A stretch of 64,000 nt of DNA, taken from contig JAOUBY010000001.1 of assembly GCA_029860045.1 (NCBI GenBank), forward strand, positions 1,026-65,025, read 5' to 3'. Under the pieces are notes generated by a model that saw nothing but the letters and a program-made list of their open reading frames with translations, ran no database searches and was not told the origin of the DNA. Made by a program: the position numbers and the translations under genes. The DNA comes from Gammaproteobacteria bacterium. Lineage in GTDB: Bacteria > Pseudomonadota > Gammaproteobacteria > UBA9214. Below are positions 46,405 through 56,442 of the stretch, one piece after another (positions within the stretch are counted from its first letter, which is position 1; each line of letters opens with the position of its first letter).

Positions 46405-48045
46405 ATGAGTTATCAGGTCCTGGCACGCAAGTGGCGTCCCCGCAATTTTTCCGAGCTGGTTGGCCAGGAGCATGTGCAACGTGCCCTGGTGAACGCACTG
46501 GACAATGACCGCCTGCACCACGCCTACCTGTTTACCGGTACGCGCGGGGTCGGCAAGACCACCATTGCACGTATCTTTGCAAAATCACTGAATTGCGAGG
46601 CCGGTGTCAGTTCCAGCCCGTGCGGGCAGTGCGCTGCCTGCCAGGAGATCAGCGAGGGTCGCTTCGTCGACCTGGTCGAGGTCGATGCCGCTTCGCGCAC
46701 CAAGGTGGAAGACACCCGCGAACTGCTCGAGAATGTGCAGTACGCGCCAACGCGTGGGCGTTACAAGGTCTACCTCATCGACGAGGTACACATGCTCTCC
46801 GGGCACAGCTTCAATGCGTTGTTGAAGACACTGGAAGAGCCGCCACCACACGTGAAATTCCTGCTTGCGACCACCGACCCGCAACGCCTGCCGGTCACGG
46901 TGCTGTCGCGCTGCCTGCAGTTCAATCTCAAGAGCCTGACGATGGCGCAGATCACCGGGCAGCTGGAAACGATACTCGGTCAGGAAGGCATCCAGGCCGA
47001 TGCCGGCGCGCTGCGCGAGCTGGCACTGGCCGCCAGTGGCAGTATGCGCGATGCGCTCAGTCTGCTGGACCAGGCGATTGCCTTTTGTGCGGGCAACCTG
47101 GTTGAGACGGAGGTGCGCAGTATGCTGGGCACCATCGACCGTGACGTCATCTACCGCCTGCTGGATGCGCTGGCGGCAAACGATGCGGCCCGGTTACTTG
47201 CGGAAATAGCCACGGCGGACGACTTTGCGCCGGATTACGCGGCATTGCTGGGGGAGACCGTGTCGCTGCTGCAGCGCGTAGCAGTGGCGCAGACCCTGCC
47301 GGATGCCATTGATGACAATTGCGGCGACCGGCAGGCGGTGCTGGAACTGGTGGACAAGCTGAGTCCGGAAGACGTTCAACTGTATTACCAGATCGGCCTG
47401 ATCGGGCGGCGCGACCTGTCGCTGTCGCCCGAACCGCGCGGCGGTTTTGAAATGGTCATGTTGCGCATGCTGGCGTTTCGTCCGGCTGAAGCCGGACAGG
47501 CTGTTGGTAAGCCACGCCAGGCGGGTACGCCGGCCCGTCCGGCAGCGGCTAAGCCGCCGGCCAAGCAGTCAAAGGCGAATCCGGCAAATCCGCCAGCCGG
47601 TCATTCGCCGGGCACACAGCCAAAGGTGAGTGCCACAAGCCAGGCGACGCGGGTTGAGACTGAAAGCGTGGAGTGGTCAACGATTATTGGGCGTCTCAAT
47701 CTCACGGGCATGGTGCGGGAGATGGCGCTGAACTGCGTGTTTCATGGACTGGAGGGCGATATCGTGCGGTTGTCGATGGAGCAGGTCCATGCCCATCTGC
47801 ACAGCCCGACACGTATGAAGCAGATGGAAGCCGCGCTGTGCGAGCATTTCGGACGTACGGTTACCGTCAACCTGGCACGTGAGCGCCAGCTCGAAAAGGA
47901 AACTCCGGCGCGCCGCCAGTCACGCGAACAGCAGGAACGTCAGCAAAGCGCGGTTGCGGCAATCGCTGGCGATGTCAACATCAAGGCTATCCAGGAAACG
48001 TTTGGTGCCACGGTCAACGAAGAGTCGATTCGGCCCAAGGACTGA
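46405..48045 (+). CDS. dnaX: DNA polymerase III subunit gamma/tau
   Basis: MSYQVLARKWRPRNFSELVGQEHV...GTRGVGKTT. Confidence 0.95.
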   Translation: MSYQVLARKWRPRNFSELVGQEHVQRALVNALDNDRLHHAYLFTGTRGVGKTTIARIFAKSLNCEAGVSSSPCGQCAACQEISEGRFVDLVEVDAASRTKVEDTRELLENVQYAPTRGRYKVYLIDEVHMLSGHSFNALLKTLEEPPPHVKFLLATTDPQRLPVTVLSRCLQFNLKSLTMAQITGQLETILGQEGIQADAGALRELALAASGSMRDALSLLDQAIAFCAGNLVETEVRSMLGTIDRDVIYRLLDALAANDAARLLAEIATADDFAPDYAALLGETVSLLQRVAVAQTLPDAIDDNCGDRQAVLELVDKLSPEDVQLYYQIGLIGRRDLSLSPEPRGGFEMVMLRMLAFRPAEAGQAVGKPRQAGTPARPAAAKPPAKQSKANPANPPAGHSPGTQPKVSATSQATRVETESVEWSTIIGRLNLTGMVREMALNCVFHGLEGDIVRLSMEQVHAHLHSPTRMKQMEAALCEHFGRTVTVNLARERQLEKETPARRQSREQQERQQSAVAAIAGDVNIKAIQETFGATVNEESIRPKD

Positions 48046-48091
48046 CATGTGGCATGCGCAGGCATGCTACTCACTACATTGAAAGACAGAG

Positions 48092-48424
48092 GTGACGATT
48101 ATGAAAGGCGGATTGGGAAACCTGATGAAGCAGGCACAGGAGATGCAGGCCAGCATGCAGCGTGCGCAGGAAGAGCTGGCCGGTCTCGAGGTGACCGGTG
48201 AATCAGGCGGCGGACTGGTCAAGGTGACCATGAGCGGTCGTCACGAGGTGCGTCGCATCAGTATCGATGACAGCCTGGTCGGAGATGACAAGGATATGCT
48301 GGAAGACCTCGTTGCGGCGGCCGTTAATGATGCCGTGCACAAGGTCGAGTCCACTACCAAGGAACGCATGAGCGGGTTGACTGCGGGCATGAACCTGCCG
48401 CCCGGCATGAAACTGCCGTTCTGA
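48092..48424 (+). CDS. ybaB: nucleoid-associated protein YbaB/EbfC
   Basis: 110 aa; [13 protein letters not shown]... Confidence 0.9.
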   Translation: MTIMKGGLGNLMKQAQEMQASMQRAQEELAGLEVTGESGGGLVKVTMSGRHEVRRISIDDSLVGDDKDMLEDLVAAAVNDAVHKVESTTKERMSGLTAGMNLPPGMKLPF

Positions 48425-48434
48425 ACCGGCGCCT

Positions 48435-49031
48435 GTGTCCACCTCACGCCTGATCGGGCAGCTGATTGAGAACCTGCGTTGTCTGCCGGGCGTTGGTCCG
48501 AAGTCTGCGCAGCGCATGGCATTTCATTTGCTGGAGCACAATCGTGACGGCGGCCGCCAGCTGGCCGAGGCGCTGAATCTGTCCATGGACCGGGTTGGCA
48601 ATTGCAGTGTATGTCGCACCCTAAGCGAGGAAACAGTGTGTGCCCTGTGTGCCAGCGAGCGGCGCGACAAGAGCCTGCTGTGCGTGGTCGAGACGCCCGC
48701 CGACGTGCAGGCACTGGAACAGTCGACCGGCTACCAGGGGCGCTATTTTGTACTCATGGGGCACCTGTCACCGCTGGACGGCATTGGTCCTGAACAACTC
48801 GGGCTGGAGCTGCTGGAAGCCCGGCTGGCCAGTGGCGAGGTGAAGGAACTGATCCTGGCCACCAATCCCACCGTGGAAGGCGAGGCCACGGCGCACTTCA
48901 TCAGTGAGCTGGCACGGGCGCACGCTGTGCGTCCGACGCGTATTGCGCACGGTGTGCCAATGGGTGGAGAGCTGGAATATATTGATGGCGGGACATTGTC
49001 GCATGCGTTTGCCGGACGCCAGGAAATCTAG
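48435..49031 (+). CDS. recR: recombination protein RecR
   Basis: 198 aa; CxxC zinc finger (CSVCRT...CALC), Toprim. Confidence 0.95.
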   Translation: MSTSRLIGQLIENLRCLPGVGPKSAQRMAFHLLEHNRDGGRQLAEALNLSMDRVGNCSVCRTLSEETVCALCASERRDKSLLCVVETPADVQALEQSTGYQGRYFVLMGHLSPLDGIGPEQLGLELLEARLASGEVKELILATNPTVEGEATAHFISELARAHAVRPTRIAHGVPMGGELEYIDGGTLSHAFAGRQEI

Positions 49032-49056
49032 AAGGCTTTTTACGGGTAAATTTACA

Positions 49057-49122
49057 GTAGGAGCGGATCTCATCCGCGACCATACGACCTGAAGTGCTGG
49101 CGCGCATGAGATGCGCTCCTAC
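49057..49122. repeat. REP-like palindromic pair, family 1 (GTAGGAGCGGATCTCATCCGCG / CGCGCATGAGATGCGCTCCTAC)
   Basis: Two 22-nt arms in inverted orientation 22 nt apart, between recR and the HIT gene. Confidence 0.8.
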
Positions 49123-49169
49123 AGGTAATTGATGGTCTGCAGGCAGGGTTCCGCTACGGAGATATCCAA

Positions 49170-49514
49170 ATGTCTGACTGCCTGTTTTGCAAAATGGTGG
49201 CCGGTGAAATCAAGCCGGACGTGGTGTATGAAGACGATGATGTGCTGGCGTTCCGCGACGTGAATCCACAGGCGCCGACGCATGTTCTGGTGATCCCGAA
49301 GCAGCACATTGCGACCACTAACGACCTCGATGCCGCTACGGCGCCCCTGCTTGGTAAATTGTTTCTTGCCGCGAAACAGATTGCCGGGGACGCCGGGATC
49401 GCCGAGTCCGGGTACCGTTCCGTGATGAACTGCAATCCCGGGGCCGGGCAGTCGGTGTATCACATCCACCTGCATGTGCTCGGTGGGCGGCCGATGGGCT
49501 GGCCGCCGGGGTAA
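49170..49514 (+). CDS. HIT-family (HinT-like) nucleotide hydrolase
   Basis: 114 aa; HIHLHVLGG histidine triad. Confidence 0.9.
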   Translation: MSDCLFCKMVAGEIKPDVVYEDDDVLAFRDVNPQAPTHVLVIPKQHIATTNDLDAATAPLLGKLFLAAKQIAGDAGIAESGYRSVMNCNPGAGQSVYHIHLHVLGGRPMGWPPG

Positions 49515-49518
49515 TGAA

Positions 49519-49715
49519 GCGCGGATGAGCTCCGCTCCTGTAACCAAATTCTCCGTCATCCCCGCGAAAGCGGGGATCCAGCCAGAAATTGATCGCCAAC
49601 TCTATCGCGCCTGCAAGGCGCTCCTACAGGCGTATCTGACTGTTGCAGGAGCGCCTTGCAAGCGCGATGGTTTTTTTGCAAGAAAAGATCGCGGGCGCGG
49701 TCCGCTCCTGCTAGC
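49519..49715. repeat. cluster of REP family-1 half-sites and small hairpins (BIME-like)
   Basis: GCGCGGATGAGCTCCGCTCCTG, GGATCCCCGCgaaaGCGGGGATCC hairpin, ATCGCGCCTGCAAGGCGCTCCTAC, GCAGGAGCGCCTTGCAAGCGCGAT, GCGGTCCGCTCCTGC. Confidence 0.75.
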
Positions 49716-50655
49716 ACAACTCCAGCAGCCGGTGATAACTCTGCATGCGCCGTTTACTGATCTTCCCCTGATCGACTGCATCTGCAATGGCACAGCCGGG
49801 TTCGCCCTGATGCAGGCAGTCGTTGAAGCGGCACTGCCCAAGCCAGTCATGAAATTCCCGGAACCCGCTGCCCAGTCTGACGGACTCAACAGTGCCGAGC
49901 TTGAAATCGCGCACCCCGGGTGAATCGATCAGTGCCCCGCCATCGGGCAAGTGATAGAGCATGGTGGCGGTGGTGGTGTGCTTGCCCTGGCCGGAGGCGG
50001 CGGAGAGCTTGCCGGTGGTGATGTCGAGGTCCGGCAACAGGCGTTTTACCAGGGAGGACTTGCCGACGCCGGACTGGCCAACCAGGATGCTGGTCTTGCT
50101 GGCCAATTGATCACGGAATGCCTCGATGCCGGTATTTTTCAGTGCACTGGTATACAGGCAGGGATAGCCAATGACGCGGAATTCCTCCAGTAGTGTGTCG
50201 ATAGCGTGTCGATCCTGCGCTGACAGCAGGTCAGCCTTGTTAATGACGATCAGTGCGCTGCTATGCGCCAGTTCGGCGGCAACGGTGTATTTGTCGATCA
50301 GGAAACTGTCCAGTGTCGGTTCGGTAGCGGCTTCAATGACCAGTTGGTCGATGTTCGCTGCCAGCGGTCGTTGCGTATGGCTGCCCGTGTCGCGCTGCAA
50401 TACCGAGTCGCGCGGCTGGACGGATACGATGACACCTGCATTTTCACCGTTTTCCTGCCAGCTCACCTGGTCGCCGCAGACGACTGCGCCAATATTGCGC
50501 CGGGCCACGCAGTTGACCAGTTGGCCGGTTTCACTCTCGACCAGCATGTGCTTGCCGTAGTTGACGATGACCAGGCCCGGCAGGCCGGATTCTACGGCGT
50601 TGTCGGGGTGCTTGGTTGTGCGTTTGTGTTGCGGCGGAACCTGTTGTGCGCACAT
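49711..50655 (-). CDS. rsgA: ribosome small-subunit biogenesis GTPase RsgA
   Basis: GQSGVGKSSL P-loop; CRFNDCLHQGEPGCA zinc finger. Confidence 0.9.
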   Translation of the reverse strand: MCAQQVPPQHKRTTKHPDNAVESGLPGLVIVNYGKHMLVESETGQLVNCVARRNIGAVVCGDQVSWQENGENAGVIVSVQPRDSVLQRDTGSHTQRPLAANIDQLVIEAATEPTLDSFLIDKYTVAAELAHSSALIVINKADLLSAQDRHAIDTLLEEFRVIGYPCLYTSALKNTGIEAFRDQLASKTSILVGQSGVGKSSLVKRLLPDLDITTGKLSAASGQGKHTTTATMLYHLPDGGALIDSPGVRDFKLGTVESVRLGSGFREFHDWLGQCRFNDCLHQGEPGCAIADAVDQGKISKRRMQSYHRLLELC

Positions 50656-50666
50656 GCCGGAAAGGG

Positions 50667-51017
50667 TTAGGCGGCTGCCGGGAGCAGTGCGTCGATTTTT
50701 GCGGCACAGATGAAATCGTTATTCGACAGGCCGCCGATCATGTGCGTGCTGTAGCGAACATGGCAGCGTTTATAGCTGACCTCAATGTCGGGGTGGTGGT
50801 CTTCACTATGCGCTATCCAGGCCAGCGCATTGACGAAGGCCATGGTCTGATAATAGTTTTTGAATTCATACGTGCGGCTGATTTCCCTGTCATCCGCTGA
50901 CAGCATCCAGTCACTGTGCAGTTGCTCTAACAGGGTGCTGGCCTGTTCCCGATCCAGTGGCCTGGTATCATTTGCGCACGGCTGGCAGTGGGATTCAGAC
51001 AGTGCGTTGGCAGACAT
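50667..51017 (-). CDS. phhB: pterin-4a-carbinolamine dehydratase
   Basis: 116 aa; EDHHPDIEV...Y motif. Confidence 0.85.
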   Translation of the reverse strand: MSANALSESHCQPCANDTRPLDREQASTLLEQLHSDWMLSADDREISRTYEFKNYYQTMAFVNALAWIAHSEDHHPDIEVSYKRCHVRYSTHMIGGLSNNDFICAAKIDALLPAAA

Positions 51018-51020
51018 GAA

Positions 51021-51296
51021 CTATTTGAACTTGTAAAAGGTGTCGTTGAGATAGTCGGACACGGCGTCGATATCCTCGTCGAACCACTGCAGGCCAAGCG
51101 TCTGTTCGCAGCGGCGTACCTGTTTTTGCAGACCGTCCGGCGTGGTGACCTTGCGATTCTCGCGGGTATACATGCCGTCATCATGGCAACTCATGCAGTT
51201 TTCCTGCTGCAGCTTCTTGCCATGACTGATATCTTCCGCAAAGACGGGGTTTGCTCCAACAGCCAGCACAAGGAGGGTTGTGTACTGTGTTTTCAT
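51021..51296 (-). CDS. small c-type cytochrome
   Basis: 91 aa; signal peptide; CMSCH haem-binding motif. Confidence 0.7.
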   Translation of the reverse strand: MKTQYTTLLVLAVGANPVFAEDISHGKKLQQENCMSCHDDGMYTRENRKVTTPDGLQKQVRRCEQTLGLQWFDEDIDAVSDYLNDTFYKFK

Positions 51297-51312
51297 TGAC
51301 AGGTCTCCGAAT

Positions 51313-52560
51313 TCAGGTGCTCATGTTAGCGTAAATGTGTGCAATCCGCACCGGCGCCGGTGGGTGCGAGTCATGGTATGCCGAGTACAGGGGGTCCGGT
51401 GTCAGTGTGCTGGCATTTTCGCGGTACATCTTGACCAGTGCGTGCACCAGGTCCGCGCCACTGGACTGTTGTACTGCGTATGCATCGGCCTCGAACTCAT
51501 GTTTGCGTGACAGTCGCGACAGTAGCGGCTGCAGGAAGAAGGAAAACACCGGTAGCACCATCATGAACAGCAGCAGGGCCATCCAGTCAGAAGGCTGGCT
51601 CACGCCCAGGCCCTGGTAGAACCAGCCCTGGTCGACCAGCCAGCCGAGCAGGGCGAGTGCAGCAAGACTCAGTGCCATGGTCGAGAACAGGCGTTTCTGG
51701 ATGTGTTTAAGGCGGAAATGACCGAGCTCGTGTGCCAGCACGGCCTCGATCTCGATCGGCTCCAGCGATTCGAGCAGGGTATCGAAAAATACGATGCGCT
51801 TGTTGTTGCCAAAGCCGGTGAAGTAGGCATTGCCGTGACCGGAACGCTTTGAGCCGTCCATGACGAAGATGCCGTTGCTGTGAAAACCGCACTTGTCCAT
51901 CAAAGCCTGGATGCGCTGTTTCAGGTCTTCATCCTGCAAAGGCGAGAATTTGTTGAACAGTGGTGCGATCACGGTAGGCCAGGCCCAGAACATCACCAGT
52001 GTGAACGTCATCCAGACGAGCCAGACGTATAGCCACCACAGGCCGCCGGAGGCGTCCATGATCCACAGTGCCAGTGCGATCAGCGGGGCACCGATCACTG
52101 CCAGTAGTGCGCCCTGCTTGAGGAGATCGGAAATGAACAAACCGGGTGTCGAGCGATTGAAGCCAAAACGCTCTTCTACCACGAAGGTGTGATAGAGGCT
52201 GAACGGCAGGTCCAGCAGTGTCATCAATACCATGGCGCTGAGCATGACCAGTGTCCCGGTAAGTACCGGGCTGTAGCCGGCGCTGCTCCAGCTGCCGTCC
52301 AGCCAGTCCAGTCCGCCGCCCAGTGTCCAGCCCAGCAACAGCAGTGCGTCATATCCCAGCGCCAGCATGCCTGTATGTGTGTTGGTGATTGTGTAGTCAG
52401 CGGCCTTGCGGTGATCTTCATCTGTGATCCGGCCGGTGAACGATTCGGGTATGCTGCCGCGGTGCCTGCGGATATGCGCCACATGCCGGTTGGCCAGCCA
52501 CAGGCGCAGCAGTATCGAAGCGGCGAGTGCGGCAATGAAAAGCCAGGTAAACGAATTCAT
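51313..52560 (-). CDS. M48-family (Ste24-like) integral membrane zinc metallopeptidase
   Basis: 415 aa; multi-TM; HELGH...E zinc motif ([13 protein letters not shown]). Confidence 0.85.
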   Translation of the reverse strand: MNSFTWLFIAALAASILLRLWLANRHVAHIRRHRGSIPESFTGRITDEDHRKAADYTITNTHTGMLALGYDALLLLGWTLGGGLDWLDGSWSSAGYSPVLTGTLVMLSAMVLMTLLDLPFSLYHTFVVEERFGFNRSTPGLFISDLLKQGALLAVIGAPLIALALWIMDASGGLWWLYVWLVWMTFTLVMFWAWPTVIAPLFNKFSPLQDEDLKQRIQALMDKCGFHSNGIFVMDGSKRSGHGNAYFTGFGNNKRIVFFDTLLESLEPIEIEAVLAHELGHFRLKHIQKRLFSTMALSLAALALLGWLVDQGWFYQGLGVSQPSDWMALLLFMMVLPVFSFFLQPLLSRLSRKHEFEADAYAVQQSSGADLVHALVKMYRENASTLTPDPLYSAYHDSHPPAPVRIAHIYANMST

Positions 52561-52641
52561 GGATGTCCTCTATTAATGACTAAACAGCAGATTAGCCTCT
52601 GCTACAATGCGACTCAACCATTATATTTGAAAGGAAGAAGC

Positions 52642-53184
52642 ATGGCCCAAGATGCAAACAACCTGATCTGGATCGATCTGGAGATGACCGGCCTGGATAC
52701 AGCCAAGGACGCAATTATCGAGATTGCCACCATTGTTACCGACAGCCAGCTGAACATACTGGCGGAAGGCCCGGTGCTGGCTATACATCAGCCGAACGAG
52801 GCACTGAATGGCATGGATGAATGGAATACCCGCCAGCATGGCGGTTCCGGTCTGACCGAACGGGTGCGCAAGAGTGCGCTGAACGAGCAGCAGGCCGAAC
52901 AGCAGACTATCGCTTTTCTGAGTGAATACGTGCCGGCCAATGCCTCGCCGATGTGCGGCAACAGTATTTGCCAGGACCGTCGCTTCATGGCGCGCTGCAT
53001 GCCGGAGCTGGAGCGTTATTTTCACTACCGCAACCTCGATGTCAGTTCCATCAAGGAGCTGGCAGTGCGCTGGTCACCCACGGTCGCAAAGGGCTTCAAG
53101 AAGGGCAGTACCCACCTCGCGCTGGATGACACGCGCGATTCCATCCGTGAACTGAAATATTACCGCGAGTACTTCTTCAAGTAG
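52642..53184 (+). CDS. orn: oligoribonuclease
   Basis: Start at [19 protein letters not shown] (ORF-track N-extension rejected); DEDDh exonuclease motifs. Confidence 0.9.
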   Translation: MAQDANNLIWIDLEMTGLDTAKDAIIEIATIVTDSQLNILAEGPVLAIHQPNEALNGMDEWNTRQHGGSGLTERVRKSALNEQQAEQQTIAFLSEYVPANASPMCGNSICQDRRFMARCMPELERYFHYRNLDVSSIKELAVRWSPTVAKGFKKGSTHLALDDTRDSIRELKYYREYFFK

Positions 53185-53332
53185 GAGCGCCTTGCAGGCG
53201 CGATCTGCTCAAATCTGAATTTTATCGCGCCTGCAAGGCGCTCCTGCAACAATCAGATACCCCTGCAGGAGCGCATCTCATCCGCGAACGGGATTAACGA
53301 TCATGCATGTCGCGCATGAGATGTGCTCCTAC
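53182..53332. repeat. REP family-1 cluster: two inverted pairs (type GTAGGAGCGCCTTGCAGGCGCGAT and type GTAGGAGCGCATCTCATCCGCG)
   Basis: Four arms at 53182-205, 53224-247, 53264-287, 53310-332; first arm contains the orn stop codon, last arm overlaps the 3' end of the rhodanese gene. Confidence 0.8.
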
Positions 53333-54144
53333 TCTACGGGTAGTGAGGGATCATTCCCCCAGTCTGACCAGGAACCCGGGTAGCCCTTGATATCCGGGTA
53401 ACCCAGCTGCTTCAGTACCAGGTAGGTGTGCGCAGAGCGGTGATGAGTCTGGCAATAGCAGATTACCTGCTTGTCCGGTGTGGCACCGACACTGTCGAGC
53501 AGGGCGGTTAGTTCGGTGTCCGGTTTAAAACGCAGGTTGCGTCCCGCGTCAATTGCCTGCGTCCATTCCATGTTGACGGCGCCGGGGATGTGGCCGGCGC
53601 GCTCGGCATATTTTTTCACCCCAAGGTATTCATCCGGGCTGCGCACATCGAGCAGGCAACAGGTACTGTCACCCAGGTGTTCCCGGATGTAGTCGCTGCG
53701 TGCGATAGGGGTATCCCGGTGCTGTACGACAAACGACTTTGCGACCGGGGTGACAACCGTGTTGTCGTAGCGATGCCCCTCGTTGGCCCAGGCATGCAGG
53801 CCGCCGTTTAGCAAAGAGAAACGTTCGTGGCCGGCGGTCTCCAGTGTCCACAACAGGCGCGCGGCACGGCCACCGCCCTCGTCGTCGTAGGCCACGACAT
53901 GGGTATCGGTATCGATGCCGAGCGCGGAGAATTGTTTTTCCAGTGTGTCGTCGTCCGGTAGCAGGCCCATGACCGGTTTCCGCATGGCAACGATTTGCGC
54001 GTAATCAAGGTGTACCGCGCCAGGTACGTGCAGTTTGCGGTAGTTGTCGGGCTTACTCAGGTCAACAATCAGGAGGTTGTCGTAACCCAAAGATTCTTCG
54101 AGAATGTCCGGCTCGATCAGTAGCGGCAGATTGTCGGTGCTCAT
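53329..54144 (-). CDS. two-domain rhodanese-family sulfurtransferase
   Basis: 271 aa; tandem rhodanese domains; active-site Cys in CYCQTHHRS. Confidence 0.8.
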   Translation of the reverse strand: MSTDNLPLLIEPDILEESLGYDNLLIVDLSKPDNYRKLHVPGAVHLDYAQIVAMRKPVMGLLPDDDTLEKQFSALGIDTDTHVVAYDDEGGGRAARLLWTLETAGHERFSLLNGGLHAWANEGHRYDNTVVTPVAKSFVVQHRDTPIARSDYIREHLGDSTCCLLDVRSPDEYLGVKKYAERAGHIPGAVNMEWTQAIDAGRNLRFKPDTELTALLDSVGATPDKQVICYCQTHHRSAHTYLVLKQLGYPDIKGYPGSWSDWGNDPSLPVE

Positions 54145-55373
54145 TATGTTTCCTGGTGATTCAGCGCAGAGAGTAATTCAACCCAGTGCACGACCGGTAC
54201 CCTGGCCTGTCCGGCCATATGCGCAAGACAGCCGATGTTGGCCGTGGCAATCAGTTCCGGGTCCTCGGCCTGCAATGCAGCGAGCTTGTTATCGCGCAGC
54301 GGGGTTGCCAGCTTGTCCTGCAGGATGGAATAGGTGCCGGCCGAGCCGCAACACAGGTGCGCATTGGCAACCGGCACCAGCTGGTAGCCGAGCCGCGTGA
54401 GCATGTCCTCGACCACGCCGACAATGCGCTGACCGTGCTGCAGGGTGCAGGGGGCATGAAAGGCGATGCGCCTGGCGGATGCGGCAGGCAGCGTCTGCCA
54501 GGGTTGTTCGGCAGCAATGACCTCGCTGATGTCTTTTGCAAGTTCACTGACCTGTGCGGCTTTGCGCGCATAGCGAAAATCGTCCGCCAGCAGTCGCCCG
54601 TAATCCTTGACCATGGGTGCACAGCCGCTGGCCGTCACCACGATGGCCTCGGCACCACGTTCAATATGCGGCCACCAGGCATCGATGTTGTGGCGCATGA
54701 AGTCCTTTGCTTCCGCGCTTGCGTTGAGGTGGAAACTCAGCGCGCCGCAGCAGCCATCACCGTTCTCCTTTACCACGTTGATACCAAGTGCATACAGGAC
54801 CTGCTGTGCGGCATGATTGATCTGTGGTGCCATTCCTGGCTGTACGCAGCCGTTCAGCATCAGTACCGAGCGCCTGTGCCTGGGGCCAGGTGAGGCTGCC
54901 TTGATGTTGCGGTAGGCCGGAATGCGCTGCTTCAGCCGTCCCGGTAACAGTGGCCGCAACAGCTGTCCGCTACGCAACAGCAGGGTAAAACGCGAGCGGT
55001 GCGCCAGCAGCTTGCGCAGTGCAAGACGCAGTAGCCGCTCCGTCAGCGGACGCCGGGTCGCCTGTTCCGTGAGTTCGCGCCCGGTATCCAGCAGTCGGTG
55101 GTAGTCGACACCGGACGGGCAGGTCGTCTCGCAGGCGCGGCAGGTCAGGCAGCGGTCCAGGTGCAGCCGGGTTTTGCTTGTCGGTGGCGTGCCTTCCAGT
55201 ACCTGCTTGATGAGGTAGATGCGCCCGCGTGGTCCGTCCAGTTCGTCGCCGGTCAGCTGGTAGGTCGGGCAGGTCGCATTGCAGAAGCCGCAGTGCACAC
55301 AGTTACGCAAAATCTCGTCTGCCTCACGGCCGGTGTCCGTCTGCAGCAGCTTGTCGGGTAGCGCGGTCTGCAT
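54144..55373 (-). CDS. glcF: glycolate oxidase iron-sulfur subunit
   Basis: 409 aa; two 4Fe-4S CxxCxxCxxxCP motifs and CCG domains. Confidence 0.9.
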   Translation of the reverse strand: MQTALPDKLLQTDTGREADEILRNCVHCGFCNATCPTYQLTGDELDGPRGRIYLIKQVLEGTPPTSKTRLHLDRCLTCRACETTCPSGVDYHRLLDTGRELTEQATRRPLTERLLRLALRKLLAHRSRFTLLLRSGQLLRPLLPGRLKQRIPAYRNIKAASPGPRHRRSVLMLNGCVQPGMAPQINHAAQQVLYALGINVVKENGDGCCGALSFHLNASAEAKDFMRHNIDAWWPHIERGAEAIVVTASGCAPMVKDYGRLLADDFRYARKAAQVSELAKDISEVIAAEQPWQTLPAASARRIAFHAPCTLQHGQRIVGVVEDMLTRLGYQLVPVANAHLCCGSAGTYSILQDKLATPLRDNKLAALQAEDPELIATANIGCLAHMAGQARVPVVHWVELLSALNHQET

Positions 55374-55375
55374 GC

Positions 55376-56431
55376 TCAGAACTCCCGGTACAGGCGTCCC
55401 GGATTCAGGATGCCGGCCGGGTCAAAAGTCTGCTTGATGCGCTGATGCAGTGCCAGCAACGCAGGTGGCAGGGGGTGAAAGATCTCGCTGTCACGCTCGC
55501 CGCCACGGAACAGCGTGGCATGGCCTCCGGCTGCAGCTGCAGCAAGGCGGATGTCTCGTGCTGGCAAGTCACTCGCCAGCCAGCGCTGTGCGCCGCCCCA
55601 GTCCAGCAGCCAGTGGCCGTCAAGGTCCAGTGGCGCGCTGGCCGGTGGCACCGAGAGGCGCCAGAGAGTGCTTGCCGAGGTGAAGAACGCCAGTTGCTGT
55701 TCTCGTAATTGCTGCCAGAAGGTGTTGCTCTCATCCAGTTGCTCGCCGCCCAGTGTCCGGGCAGCGGCGCTGACACTGCGGGCACTGCCGGAGAGCCGGA
55801 TCATCAGTTGATTCTCGTCGTGGCTGGCGCCACTCAGTGGCAACGCCTGCCCGGCCCAGCGGTTGCAGCGCTGGATTGCCTCGTCAGCAGAACAGTCCTG
55901 GTAGAGCGTGATTTCCTGTTGCGGTTTTGGCAACACCTTGAGATGCACGTCGAGCAGCACCGCCAGCGTTCCCAACGAGCCGGTCAGTGTGCGTGACAGG
56001 TCGTAACCGGCGACATTTTTCATTACCTGCCCACCCAGGCGCAGTTGCTCGCCGCGGCCATTGATGCAGTTAACGCCCAGCACAAAATCACGCGCCGCGC
56101 CGGCATACGGTCGTCTCGGTCCGGACAGGCCGCAGGCGATAGTGCCGCCCAGTGTTGCGCTGGCAGCAAAGCGCGGGGGTTCGAATGCCAGCATCTGGCC
56201 TTCTGCTGCGAGGGTGTTTTCCAGTTCAGACAGTGTGGTACCGGCGCGAGCCGAGACCACCAGCTCTGACGGTGTGTAATCGATGATGCCGCTGTATTGT
56301 GCAACCGGGAGCGGTGAGCCATTTACAGCGCGCCCGTAAAACGCCTTGCTGTTGCCGCCCTGGATCGCGAGCGCGGTGCCGCTGGCTGCGGCCTCGCGCA
56401 CCTGTTCGCTCAGAGTCTGTACATCTTGCAT
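55376..56431 (-). CDS. glcE: glycolate oxidase FAD-binding subunit
   Basis: 351 aa; FAD_binding_4 pattern; between glcD and glcF. Confidence 0.85.
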   Translation of the reverse strand: MQDVQTLSEQVREAAASGTALAIQGGNSKAFYGRAVNGSPLPVAQYSGIIDYTPSELVVSARAGTTLSELENTLAAEGQMLAFEPPRFAASATLGGTIACGLSGPRRPYAGAARDFVLGVNCINGRGEQLRLGGQVMKNVAGYDLSRTLTGSLGTLAVLLDVHLKVLPKPQQEITLYQDCSADEAIQRCNRWAGQALPLSGASHDENQLMIRLSGSARSVSAAARTLGGEQLDESNTFWQQLREQQLAFFTSASTLWRLSVPPASAPLDLDGHWLLDWGGAQRWLASDLPARDIRLAAAAAGGHATLFRGGERDSEIFHPLPPALLALHQRIKQTFDPAGILNPGRLYREF

Positions 56432-56442
56432 GGGCAGGGAGA

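Noticed and set aside
46405-48045. Programmed -1 frameshift site (A AAA AAG) expected in dnaX for the gamma subunit
   Set aside because: No AAAAAAG heptamer was found by eye inside this dnaX; gamma, if made, must arise differently. This was not verified computationally.
49474-49923. 149-aa ORF spanning the REP cluster and the rsgA 3' end
   Set aside because: Its reading frame is created by repeat sequence and overlaps rsgA antisense
52189-52641. 151-aa N-terminal extension of the orn ORF
   Set aside because: Orn homologues start at [18 protein letters not shown] (52642); the extension overlaps the convergent M48 peptidase gene
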